DNA from: Bdellovibrionales bacterium
GTDB lineage: Bacteria > Bdellovibrionota > Bdellovibrionia > Bdellovibrionales > UBA1609
Direction of reading: 5' to 3'
DNA length: 64,000 bases
Assembly: GCA_019637855.1 (NCBI GenBank)
Contig: JAHBUX010000002.1
Coordinates: 194,806-258,805, forward strand
Both the position numbers and the translations under genes were made by a program. This document shows, one piece after another, positions 43,702 to 51,546 of the stretch. Below the pieces are notes generated by a model. That model made no database searches and was not told where the DNA came from. It saw only the letters and a list, made by a program, of their open reading frames with translations. Each line of letters begins with the position of its first letter. Position 1 is the first letter of the stretch.

Positions 43702-44611
43702 TTTTGACCTGCGGGGCAGCGGGGATCACGGGTGGCGTTTTTCCGATGTAGGAGTTGCGTGCCATGCGCACGGCGAACTCGAGCGCTTGGTTGCGGCCAA
43801 GGGCCAGCCCGCTCTCTTTCATGCCATAGGCATAGGCGTCCATAAAGTTATCGGGGGCGCGCGGTCCATGCTTCAAAATGCGATAGGTGAAGTCGAGGGC
43901 GGTCTTCACATCCATGCCGAAGTCGCGGTCTTCCCGCAGCTTTTTGTACAAGGTTTGAAAGGGGGAGCGGATGCCGTTGGGGAAAAGCGCGCTGAGCTTT
44001 GCCACTTTGACCGCGTATTCCGAGCAGGTTGTTGACGGCAGATCCATCTCTTTGCCGTCTTTGCACAATTGAGCTAGGTAGATAAAATCGTCGCGAACGT
44101 GCGCGGGCTCGCCTTCGTAGTCGCGCGAAAGCTCGAAAGCCAAGGCGACGGCGGTGGAGTGATCGTAGTCGAAGAATTCGGCCAAGAAGGCGCGTGAAAA
44201 GATCTCGCTGAAGTTCTTCTGCACGTCGGGGCTGTAGGATGAAAAGCGCAGTGCGGTCTCAAGCGATTTGGGGTCGGACAAGCCTGAGCTCTTCATCAAT
44301 AGCAGAATCTTCTCAAACCGTTCGGCGGCACCGTTACAGCCTCGGGCGACTTTGTCGGCCACTTTGCGAGCACTGGCTTCTGGGATCAAAATTTCTTTAG
44401 TGGTGCGCAGAAACTGAAGGGTTTTGATGTACTCGTCGGTTGAGTTGCACAGGCTTTTGGCTTGCTCAGCGATAAGTTTTTCGCGTGGATCGTAGGGCAC
44501 GCCATCTTGCGAGGCCGCCCAAGCGGGTGCAGAGCGATTTGCGGCGCCCGCTATCGTTGGAGCGAGCGCGAGGGCTGTTAGCGCGACGGCAACTGGCTTT
44601 AGAAATTCCAT
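43685..44611 (-). CDS. Secreted helical protein, unknown function (308 aa)
   Basis: Signal peptide (VAVALTALALAPTIAGA). 17-nt overlap with the downstream gene and 13-nt overlap with the upstream gene. No motif recognised. Confidence 0.6.
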   Translation of the reverse strand: MEFLKPVAVALTALALAPTIAGAANRSAPAWAASQDGVPYDPREKLIAEQAKSLCNSTDEYIKTLQFLRTTKEILIPEASARKVADKVARGCNGAAERFEKILLLMKSSGLSDPKSLETALRFSSYSPDVQKNFSEIFSRAFLAEFFDYDHSTAVALAFELSRDYEGEPAHVRDDFIYLAQLCKDGKEMDLPSTTCSEYAVKVAKLSALFPNGIRSPFQTLYKKLREDRDFGMDVKTALDFTYRILKHGPRAPDNFMDAYAYGMKESGLALGRNQALEFAVRMARNSYIGKTPPVIPAAPQVKNAAMD

Positions 44612-45375
44612 ACAAGGTTCATGGTCGGCGTGAAGGTTTTGGTCGACGGGTCGTAGTGCATTCCGCCGGTTTTGAGCGGCGCATAGATTTTCTTTTTGTA
44701 CTCAAGATGTTTCTCGTAAACGTCAATGCTGTGATCTGTAAACATCACCGGCAAGAAGGCGAACACCAAGCCAAGGCCGGCCGTCACTTTGCCTTTGTCG
44801 GTGGAGTATTGGATCAAGGCGGCGTTCAAGCCGGCGTTGGTTAGAATCGACACCCATTGCAAAACACGCATGGTTTTCGCCGGGCGTTCCAGGGCCTCTT
44901 CGGCCAGACGCTCGCGCAAAAGTTCGCTGCGTTGGTCTTTTCCTTTTACACGGGCTACTGAGCGGGCGCCGCCGGTGTAGGGCTTTTGCAAACCTAAGAT
45001 AAGTCCGCCGACCACCCAGCCTGCGCCTACGGTGGTGGTGATGGTGCTGAGTGTTTGACCGTCGGTTTTTTCTTTTTCGCTCAAGTCGGTGCGCCGTACG
45101 TTTTTGGAGTTGTTGCCGACGTAGGCGGTCATTAGGCCGGAAAGCTCAATCGGCCAGTGGGTGATAAACCAGGATCCGCGTTCGGCTTTTGCTTCCATAT
45201 TTAAACGCTCAGTGGCGCGTGGTACGACTTGCAGCTCAGGGTAGCCGACACTGCTGAGAATATCGGAGATCTCTGTCTCCGGTGCGTCGTCTTTTTCTTT
45301 GTCTTTGTCGTCTTCATCCGCAGCCCAGGCGGTCAGATTTAAAAGGATAAGGGCAATCAATGCGAGATGTTTCAT
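44599..45375 (-). CDS. Exported membrane-associated protein, unknown function (258 aa)
   Basis: Signal peptide (LALIALILLNLTAWA), acidic linker (DEDDKDKEKDD), several hydrophobic segments, and a C-terminus of ...NLVWNF. Confidence 0.6.
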   Translation of the reverse strand: MKHLALIALILLNLTAWAADEDDKDKEKDDAPETEISDILSSVGYPELQVVPRATERLNMEAKAERGSWFITHWPIELSGLMTAYVGNNSKNVRRTDLSEKEKTDGQTLSTITTTVGAGWVVGGLILGLQKPYTGGARSVARVKGKDQRSELLRERLAEEALERPAKTMRVLQWVSILTNAGLNAALIQYSTDKGKVTAGLGLVFAFLPVMFTDHSIDVYEKHLEYKKKIYAPLKTGGMHYDPSTKTFTPTMNLVWNF

Positions 45376-45532
45376 CTGAGATGTCTCCGTGCTTTGCTTT
45401 TATAATAAAGATGGCTTTACTCCCTCACAACGGGCTTAGGTCCGAAACTGTCACAGATTATGATTCTTGACTGGCCTCGCCTCTCTGAAAGACTGGTTGC
45501 GACCAAACTAAAATCTAAAGGGGATTTTCGCT

Positions 45533-46510
45533 ATGAAACTGCTCATCCGTGTTGCGGCCGTTTTTGCTGTGGGAGCATTCGTTCACACTACCTTCGCCGA
45601 CCAGGTCAACGAGACCCTAATGAAGGTCGAAGACCTTGGATCGAACCAAATTTCTTCCGACGGTGACGTCGACCAGTTGATTACCAACAAGAAGATGCGG
45701 GCCGAGTCTGGTTCAAAATCGCGTTGGTCTATCAACAGCGATTGGTCCTACAACGCCGGTAGCGTGGAAAAACCTTTCGCCGACGACCGTCCCAATATTG
45801 CCTTGGCGTCTGGTACGACCGATGTGGTCTCGTTGGTGGGAACGATCAATACAAAGTACAATCTCAATGCCCAACACAGTCTTGCGGCCGGAGTGGGCTT
45901 GCGCTGGATCGCACCGCTCGCACAAAACTCTCCGAAGAATTATAGTGGTGACCGCGCGGACGCCGATAATCCGTATTTGACCTACCAGTATTTGTACAAA
46001 TGGTTCGGTATCCAGTCGGCCTTTCAGGTGACTCCCACCCTTGAGACAAAATCCAACCTCAAGCAGTTGGGTTATGTCGGTAACTTCAGCTTGGTGCAAA
46101 ACAATGTTTACGATGTGGGCACCAGAGGTTTGTCATTGGGTCTCTACACAAGCCTTATGCTGGGTTTCTACGATAAATCGGGTGCTTTGGGTACTCCGGG
46201 CACTGATGGCTACATCGCGGACCTGCGCGCTGAACAGAGTGACTATGCCATCAGCATTTGCCCTTTCCTCGAGTACCAGTTGACCGACAAAGTGAACTTG
46301 CGCACGGTTTCCAATGTGTGGAACTACGAACACATGCGCAACGAATCGCGTTTTTCGACGTTACGTTGGACCAAAGTTTTCCAGTCTGTGGGCGTGGGAA
46401 TCTCTTTGACCCGCGATATTTTCATCTACCCCAACGTGCAGTTCTTGCCTGACAATATGCGCGCTGATCTGACCAACGTGGCGATCAATTCGAATATAAA
46501 TATCTTCTGA
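45533..46510 (+). CDS. Outer-membrane beta-barrel (porin-like) protein
   Basis: Signal peptide (IRVAAVFAVGAFVHTTFA). Alternating amphipathic strands. C-terminal ...AINSNINIF with a terminal Phe. Confidence 0.7.
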   Translation: MKLLIRVAAVFAVGAFVHTTFADQVNETLMKVEDLGSNQISSDGDVDQLITNKKMRAESGSKSRWSINSDWSYNAGSVEKPFADDRPNIALASGTTDVVSLVGTINTKYNLNAQHSLAAGVGLRWIAPLAQNSPKNYSGDRADADNPYLTYQYLYKWFGIQSAFQVTPTLETKSNLKQLGYVGNFSLVQNNVYDVGTRGLSLGLYTSLMLGFYDKSGALGTPGTDGYIADLRAEQSDYAISICPFLEYQLTDKVNLRTVSNVWNYEHMRNESRFSTLRWTKVFQSVGVGISLTRDIFIYPNVQFLPDNMRADLTNVAINSNINIF

Positions 46511-46524
46511 TCTTTGCCGTGCGG

Positions 46525-46545
46525 TCGGCGGGGCCGATCCGCCGG
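46525..46545. repeat. Short GC hairpin element, copy A (tcggcgggg-N4-tccgccgg)
   Basis: The 17 conserved positions are identical to copy B at 49087-49107. 6-bp stem cggcgg/ccgccg. It lies just after the OMP gene stop. Confidence 0.6.
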
Positions 46546-46586
46546 TCGATTCGAATTTCGGCGGCCAATCTCGCTCAGAAACAAAA

Positions 46587-46615
46587 AGGCCAGGTTAGAC
46601 AACCTGGCCTTTCTT
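46587..46615. terminator. Bidirectional rho-independent terminator candidate
   Basis: aggccaggtt (46587-46596) pairs with aacctggcct (46601-46610) across a 4-nt loop. It is flanked by AAAAA upstream and TTCTT downstream. Confidence 0.6.
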
Positions 46616-46668
46616 GCAGTTCTCTCACTCCGCCGGACCATGTGCGTGCCGAAGGAAAGGAGAACAAT

Positions 46669-46791
46669 ATGAAACCACACCAGGATTCATATCGGACCGC
46701 CATGGAAACATTTAAAGTCCTGATCACTGTTCAGTTTCTACTGTTCAAGCTGTTCTGGCTTTGGTGTCAAATGGCCATGTTTATCAATTAG
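46669..46791 (+). CDS. Candidate 40-aa hydrophobic micro-protein
   Basis: AGGAG (46659-46663) lies 5 nt before the ATG. Translation: MKPHQDSYRTAMETFKVLITVQFLLFKLFWLWCQMAMFIN, with one predicted TM helix. The local sequence is visibly more AT-rich than its surroundings. Confidence 0.4.
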   Translation: MKPHQDSYRTAMETFKVLITVQFLLFKLFWLWCQMAMFIN

Positions 46792-46885
46792 GGCTAAAAG
46801 CGTCTAAAGGATGTCTGTGGGCAATAACTGATCAGCAGTCATACACGGAAGCACATCCATGGTCTGGCACTTACTCAAACCCGAA

Positions 46886-47413
46886 CTAATTAATATTCGA
46901 CACCTGTGCAATGTACGGCAGGTTTCGAAAATATCCCTGATAGTCCAGCCCGTAGCCGACAACGAAGTCGTTGGGAATCTTGAATCCAACTAAATCCACT
47001 TCGCATTTTTCTTTCAAAGCATCGGGTTTCATCAGTAGCGAAACCGTCATTAAATTCTTCGGCTTGTGCGCCATCAAATGCCGGCGCAGGTAGTTCATAG
47101 TCAATCCGGTATCCACAATATCCTCAACCACGACAACGTTGCGATCGCGGATCGAGCGGCTCAAATCCAAATTGATTTTCACCTCACCGGTGGACGTCAT
47201 TTCGCTGTACGACGATACGCCCATAAAATCGCAGGTCAAATCAGTATCAATGGCGCGCACAAGATCGGCGTAAAATAGAAACGAACCTTTGAGCACACCG
47301 ATAACAGCCAAATCTTGGCCCTTAAATTTATCGGTGATCGTTTCGCCCATCTTTTGAACGCGGGTCCTAATCTCTCGTTCCGAAATCAGCGGGGAAAGGC
47401 GGACATTTTCCAT
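46886..47413 (-). CDS. hpt: Hypoxanthine-guanine phosphoribosyltransferase
   Basis: PRPP-binding motif (VVVVEDIVDTGLTMNYL). GVLKGSFLFYADLVRAI. C-terminal FVVGYGLDY. 175 aa. Confidence 0.9.
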   Translation of the reverse strand: MENVRLSPLISEREIRTRVQKMGETITDKFKGQDLAVIGVLKGSFLFYADLVRAIDTDLTCDFMGVSSYSEMTSTGEVKINLDLSRSIRDRNVVVVEDIVDTGLTMNYLRRHLMAHKPKNLMTVSLLMKPDALKEKCEVDLVGFKIPNDFVVGYGLDYQGYFRNLPYIAQVSNIN

Positions 47414-47428
47414 ATAGTTATTCGCTCC

Positions 47429-48061
47429 TCAAAGTTCCGACAAACTTAGCGGCTCTGTCCGCTCTGTCAAGCGTCGAGCACCCAATTCGGGGTCAAAATG
47501 CCGGCGGCAACGGGCTTCATAAGCCTCAGTCGAACCCACCACAATGTCCTCTACGGCGGAAATCAAGCGTTGGGTGCGTGAAGCGGGGCCTCCACACACA
47601 CGGCAAATCGCATGCTGCTTGCGCACAACCTCGGCCACGGCCATCAATTGGGGCATCGGGCCAAAGGGGCGGGCGCGCCAATCTGTGTCGAGTCCGGCAA
47701 TAATCACGCGCCGGCCTTGCTCGGCCAGTCGGGTGGCCACATCGACGATATTGTCGCCAAAAAACTGTCCTTCATCGATGGCCACGACAACGGTGCTGGG
47801 TTCGAGCAAACGTTCAATATCGTCGGCGTCGGCAACGGGGATGGCTTCGGTGCGTGTCTGATTGTGAGAGGCGACATCTTTTTCGTGATAGCGCGAATCA
47901 ATACGCGGTTTAAAGGTCTGCACCTTTTGCTTGGCAAAATGGGCGCGCCGCACTTGTTTGATCAATTCTTCAGTTTTGCCGCTGAACATGCAGCCGACAA
48001 TCACCTCAATCCAACCGGGTTGCGGCTGTGGGCGGGTAAATCCATCGTTCACGGTTTGCAT
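47429..48061 (-). CDS. tdk: Thymidine kinase
   Basis: P-loop ([12 protein letters not shown]), [10 protein letters not shown], and zinc ribbon ([13 protein letters not shown]...RCRRH). The ATG at 48061 is preferred over the TTG at 48094. Confidence 0.9.
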   Translation of the reverse strand: MQTVNDGFTRPQPQPGWIEVIVGCMFSGKTEELIKQVRRAHFAKQKVQTFKPRIDSRYHEKDVASHNQTRTEAIPVADADDIERLLEPSTVVVAIDEGQFFGDNIVDVATRLAEQGRRVIIAGLDTDWRARPFGPMPQLMAVAEVVRKQHAICRVCGGPASRTQRLISAVEDIVVGSTEAYEARCRRHFDPELGARRLTERTEPLSLSEL

Positions 48062-48139
48062 CCCCCTTATCCAGAGCAAAAAGCGTACGCGCAAGGGCCA
48101 GCTTGAGGGAAGCAGAAAAAGCGTGTTAAGGTTGGCGCC

Positions 48140-48682
48140 ATGGCTAAAAAGAAGAGTGCGTCTAAAAAAGTTGTGAAGAAGAAACCAGCGGCCAAAAAAG
48201 CGGCGGCCGCTTCGACATCCAAAGTCACGGTGGGAAAAAGCTTGCCGGCGTTTTCCATTGCCAGCACTGGCGGGAGAACGGTGGCGTTGTCGGATTTGAA
48301 GGGCAAGAGTGTCGTGCTCTATTTTTATCCTAAAGATTCCACCCCCGGTTGTACGCTTGAGGGGCGCGACTTCTCACGTCTGAACGATCAGTTTAAAAAA
48401 GCCGGCAGCGTGGTGTTCGGCATCTCGCGTGACAGTATGAAGTCGCATGAGAAGTTCAAAGACAAAGAAAAGTACACTGTCGATTTGTTGAGTGATGAAG
48501 ACGAGAAGGTGTGCAACCTCTTTGGCGTGATCAAAATGAAAAACATGTATGGCCGCCAAGTGCGCGGTATCGAGCGCTCCACCTTCGTGATCGACAGTGA
48601 CGGTAAACTCGTTAAAGAGTGGCGGGGAGTGCGCGTCCCCGGTCACGCCGACGAAGTGTTAGCGTTTGTGAAATCGCTGTAA
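48140..48682 (+). CDS. bcp: Peroxiredoxin Bcp with lysine/alanine-rich N-terminal tail
   Basis: [20 protein letters not shown] (peroxidatic Cys). [14 protein letters not shown]. Preceded by [25 protein letters not shown]. Confidence 0.9.
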   Translation: MAKKKSASKKVVKKKPAAKKAAAASTSKVTVGKSLPAFSIASTGGRTVALSDLKGKSVVLYFYPKDSTPGCTLEGRDFSRLNDQFKKAGSVVFGISRDSMKSHEKFKDKEKYTVDLLSDEDEKVCNLFGVIKMKNMYGRQVRGIERSTFVIDSDGKLVKEWRGVRVPGHADEVLAFVKSL

Positions 48683-48691
48683 TTTCGTGGG

Positions 48692-48711
48692 CACCCGTCG
48701 CGCGACGGGTG
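48692..48711. repeat. Perfect 20-nt palindrome cacccgtcgcgcgacgggtg, copy 1
   Basis: Self-complementary over all 20 nt. It lies 9 nt after the bcp stop. An identical copy is at 49025-49044. Confidence 0.9.
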
Positions 48712-48768
48712 GCAAACGGCGGCGCAATCTGTTTTGGACAGCCCTTGGGTTTGTAGGTACTATGAGCC

Positions 48769-48966
48769 ATGTATCAATACATGGGCTGGATCATGCTCGT
48801 ATTTTTAATATGTTCTTGTTCTTCAACGTCGGAGAAATACAAGGCCTGCGAGAACTACAAGCCGTCCATGTGCGCCGCGGGCTCCTTGAAATGTGAAAAG
48901 AACATCTACGGATGTGAAAGCTGCACGTGCTCTGGTTCTTACAACCCCAAGGTGCAAGGGCCGTAG
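48769..48966 (+). CDS. Small cysteine-rich exported protein (65 aa)
   Basis: Hydrophobic N-terminus (MGWIMLVFLICSC), then 8 further Cys in 50 residues (CENYKPSMCAAGSLKCEKNIYGCESCTC). AT-richer than its neighbours. Confidence 0.5.
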   Translation: MYQYMGWIMLVFLICSCSSTSEKYKACENYKPSMCAAGSLKCEKNIYGCESCTCSGSYNPKVQGP

Positions 48967-49024
48967 CTAAGAGTTACCTGCTATCAGGGACACGTTGGTG
49001 TGAAGTCGCTCTAGAAGTCCCGCC

Positions 49025-49044
49025 CACCCGTCGCGCGACGGGTG
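49025..49044. repeat. Perfect 20-nt palindrome cacccgtcgcgcgacgggtg, copy 2
   Basis: Identical to 48692-48711. It lies 58 nt after the stop of the Cys-rich ORF. Confidence 0.9.
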
Positions 49045-49086
49045 CTGGTTGGGTGGAGATAGTTGTCTCATTTTATCTAGGCAAAA

Positions 49087-49107
49087 TCGGCGGGGATTTT
49101 CCGCCGG
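49087..49107. repeat. Short GC hairpin element, copy B (tcggcgggg-N4-tccgccgg)
   Basis: Matches copy A (46525-46545) at all 17 flanking positions. Only the 4-nt loop core differs. Confidence 0.6.
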
Positions 49108-49293
49108 CGGGGGCCTTCGGGACTACGGTGGGTTGGGGCTCTCGTCTCTAGAGCTGGCCTACCTGCCTGTGGTTTTGTCCTCAAAGAATCATAGAGGAAA
49201 TGAGGCCCTTCGGTGGTTATGTTGTCCGAGAATTTCGGCCGCCAAGGTAGAAGCCATTGCTAATAACCCAAAAAAACTTGTGAATCGCTGTCC

Positions 49294-49319
49294 GGTTGGC
49301 GGACGCATATCCGCCAACC
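49294..49319 (-). terminator. Stem-loop downstream of the zinc-ribbon gene (terminator candidate)
   Basis: ggttggcgga (49294-49303) pairs with tccgccaacc (49310-49319) across a 6-nt loop. On the minus strand a T7 run follows, but only after 17 nt. Confidence 0.4.
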
Positions 49320-49344
49320 ACACAGTGGTCAGCCAGCTCTTGAT

Positions 49345-50319
49345 CTATTTCAAATCCACCAACACAACCCACTCCGTCACACCATTGCGGAAATCCTCCG
49401 ACGCGAAGATGCGCCATGGACCCTCACCCGCCTTGTTCAAATACTCTTCGCGCGGCATGCGATTGTTGGGCTCCAAAACGATCACTAATAAACCGGCTGC
49501 GCCCAATGCGGTTGAGCCATTTAATGTGGATTCAACCACGGCCTTCACTGCTGGAACTTGGGACGCCATCTCAGCCGGTGTCTCTGGCTGCGATAAAACC
49601 ATCTGTGCAAACCAGCGCAAAGTCGCCTCGCGATTTTCCCACTTGGCCACTTGCAATGCCATTCCGAATTGAAAAGGCTCCGGCGCTGTCGGCGGCGTTT
49701 CGATCGTGAGCTGCGCACCCGTCGCCAAGTTGGCTAAGCGCGGCTGCGACACCCGCCGCGAACCCGCTCGAATTGCGTCGGCGATTTTGCCGCCATCTTT
49801 AAATAGAAAAACGCGGCCCGCATTGCTCTCGCCGACCTTCTCCGCAACAGTGAACAATCCACTCAACGTGTCGTGCGCCACTTCCCAAAAAACCGCCTCG
49901 ATCTGCGTGGGCTCTTTCGCCGCGGCAACCGCCGCAGCAGCCGGCGCGGTCGATCCCGGTTGCGCCGTCAAAGCGACAGGCTCCGGTATTTCAGCCGCCA
50001 CCGTTTCAATCTCGTCCGCACTCTCTTCGAGAGGGGTGGCACCTGCATCCGCCGGGTCCGCAGCCTCTTTCGAGGTTAGCGGCGTGCCTAACATCTGCCG
50101 GACTCCGCGCGACACCAAAGTGCTCTGTGTGTAGAGAATATAGCCCACCAACAAAACCATGAAAATAGCGATCAACGAAAGATGCAGATTGGGATTTTGC
50201 AGGATGCGAACCCACAGCGGCTTTGGTTTGAGCAAAAACGCATCCACGTCCATACCGCAGCTGGCACAGAAGCGGTCTTTTGGTTGCGAAAATCCGCAGC
50301 GTGGACAATCCATCATCAT
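49345..50319 (-). CDS. Zinc-ribbon membrane protein, unknown function (324 aa)
   Basis: N-terminal CPRCG...CASCG zinc ribbon. One TM helix (LSLIAIFMVLLVGYILY). Ala/Pro-rich linker, then an extracytoplasmic domain. Divergent from rsmH. Confidence 0.7.
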   Translation of the reverse strand: MMMDCPRCGFSQPKDRFCASCGMDVDAFLLKPKPLWVRILQNPNLHLSLIAIFMVLLVGYILYTQSTLVSRGVRQMLGTPLTSKEAADPADAGATPLEESADEIETVAAEIPEPVALTAQPGSTAPAAAAVAAAKEPTQIEAVFWEVAHDTLSGLFTVAEKVGESNAGRVFLFKDGGKIADAIRAGSRRVSQPRLANLATGAQLTIETPPTAPEPFQFGMALQVAKWENREATLRWFAQMVLSQPETPAEMASQVPAVKAVVESTLNGSTALGAAGLLVIVLEPNNRMPREEYLNKAGEGPWRIFASEDFRNGVTEWVVLVDLK

Positions 50320-50368
50320 ATTGATTCAAGGCTAACATTGTACCCGAAATCCATGCTACTGAATTTGT

Positions 50369-51241
50369 ATGCACAAGCCTGTCTTGCTCGACGAAGTTGT
50401 TACGCACGCTAAAGAAATCGAACCACGTTGGATTCTCGACGGCACCTTTGGCCGCGGCGGTCACACGCGTGCGTTGCTCGAAGCTTGCCCACAGGCGCGC
50501 GTGATCGCCCTCGATCAAGACACCGAAGCCGTCACGCATGCGCAACAAACCTTTGGTCCCGAGATTGGCTCTGGGCGCCTTTCTGCGCGACACTTCAATT
50601 TTCATGCGATTGCTCGATTGACCGACCGCCCATCCGAAGGCTTCGATGTGATCTTGCTGGATTTAGGCGTCAGTTCACCGCAGCTTGATCAGGCCGAACG
50701 AGGTTTTAGCTTCTATCACGACGGCCCACTCGACATGCGCATGGACCCCACTGCGGATCTGACTGCGGCCGAGATCGTGAATAACTGGTCAGAGGTCGAG
50801 CTCAACGATCTGTTCGCCGCCTATGGAGAGGTGCGGCGACCACAGCGCGTGGTGCGCGCCATCGTGAATGATCGCAAAGAAAAACCGTACACCAGCACGC
50901 GCGAGTTGTCGGGACTCATCGAACGCGTAGAGGGCTGGCGTAAGAAGGGGCACCACCCCGCCACGCAGTACTTTTTAGCTCTGCGTATGGCTGTCAATGA
51001 AGAGCTGTCTGGACTTGAGGCCTGTCTCCCCGACCTTATGCGAGCCCTGCGGCCGGGCGGCCGTCTGATCATCATCACATTTCACTCTCTCGAAGACCGC
51101 ATCATCAAGTATGCTTTTAAAGGGGCGACCGAGCTCGGCCAGCCGCTCTATAAGAAAGTGATCACACCCTCCCGCGAAGAGGAGCGTGACAACCCGCGAG
51201 CTCGCAGCGCCAAACTGAGGATTTTTCAGCGAGGACCGTAA
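50369..51241 (+). CDS. rsmH: 16S rRNA (cytosine1402-N4)-methyltransferase RsmH (MraW)
   Basis: MHKPVLLDEVV, DGTFGRGGHT, LLDLGVSSPQLD, ITFHSLEDRIIK, NPRARSAKLR. Confidence 0.95.
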   Translation: MHKPVLLDEVVTHAKEIEPRWILDGTFGRGGHTRALLEACPQARVIALDQDTEAVTHAQQTFGPEIGSGRLSARHFNFHAIARLTDRPSEGFDVILLDLGVSSPQLDQAERGFSFYHDGPLDMRMDPTADLTAAEIVNNWSEVELNDLFAAYGEVRRPQRVVRAIVNDRKEKPYTSTRELSGLIERVEGWRKKGHHPATQYFLALRMAVNEELSGLEACLPDLMRALRPGGRLIIITFHSLEDRIIKYAFKGATELGQPLYKKVITPSREEERDNPRARSAKLRIFQRGP

Positions 51242-51246
51242 TCAGC

Positions 51247-51546
51247 ATGAGCCGCTCACGCCTTGAGGACATCTTACCCTTTCTCTCCGTTCTAATTTTA
51301 GTCTCCACCTTGTTTGGACTGGTTCTGCTCAAGATGGAAGTGCGCCGCATGGGCTATTCGGTTTTGAAATCGAGCCACGAGTACAGAAAGCTGCAAGACC
51401 AGCGCCGCATGATGAGCATGGAGTACGCCAAGCTCACACGACCTGATCGCGTGCGTAAGTTTGCCGTCAGCAAGTTGAAATTGAACGACTCGCGTAATGG
51501 TCAGATTATTCAGCTTGCCGGCCAAACTTTGGCGATGCCGCAGTAA
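51247..51546 (+). CDS. ftsL: Cell division protein FtsL-like
   Basis: 99 aa with a single TM (LPFLSVLILVSTLFGLVLL) followed by a coiled coil. Canonical position between rsmH and ftsI. Confidence 0.75.
   Translation: MSRSRLEDILPFLSVLILVSTLFGLVLLKMEVRRMGYSVLKSSHEYRKLQDQRRMMSMEYAKLTRPDRVRKFAVSKLKLNDSRNGQIIQLAGQTLAMPQ

Noticed and set aside
46541-46560. ggtcgattcgaatttcgg looked superficially like a tRNA T-arm (GGTTCGAAT)
   Set aside because: No acceptor stem, anticodon arm or D-arm can be drawn around it. It is part of the short hairpin and palindrome cluster after the OMP gene.
49190-49260. gccgccaaggtagaagcc resembles the CAGCCAAGGCAG segment of SRP (4.5S) RNA domain IV; two cttcgg (UUCG-type) strings lie nearby
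   Set aside because: The conserved GGAA tetraloop context (GUCCGGAAGGAAGCAGC) and the closing helix are absent. The UUCG strings are closed by only 1-3 base pairs. This is insufficient for an ncRNA call.
50006-50605. 199-aa minus-strand ORF spanning the zinc-ribbon/rsmH divergent promoter; also the 207-aa plus-strand ORF at 49049-49672
   Set aside because: Both run antisense through well-supported genes and across intergenic DNA. Their composition is implausible and no motifs are seen.
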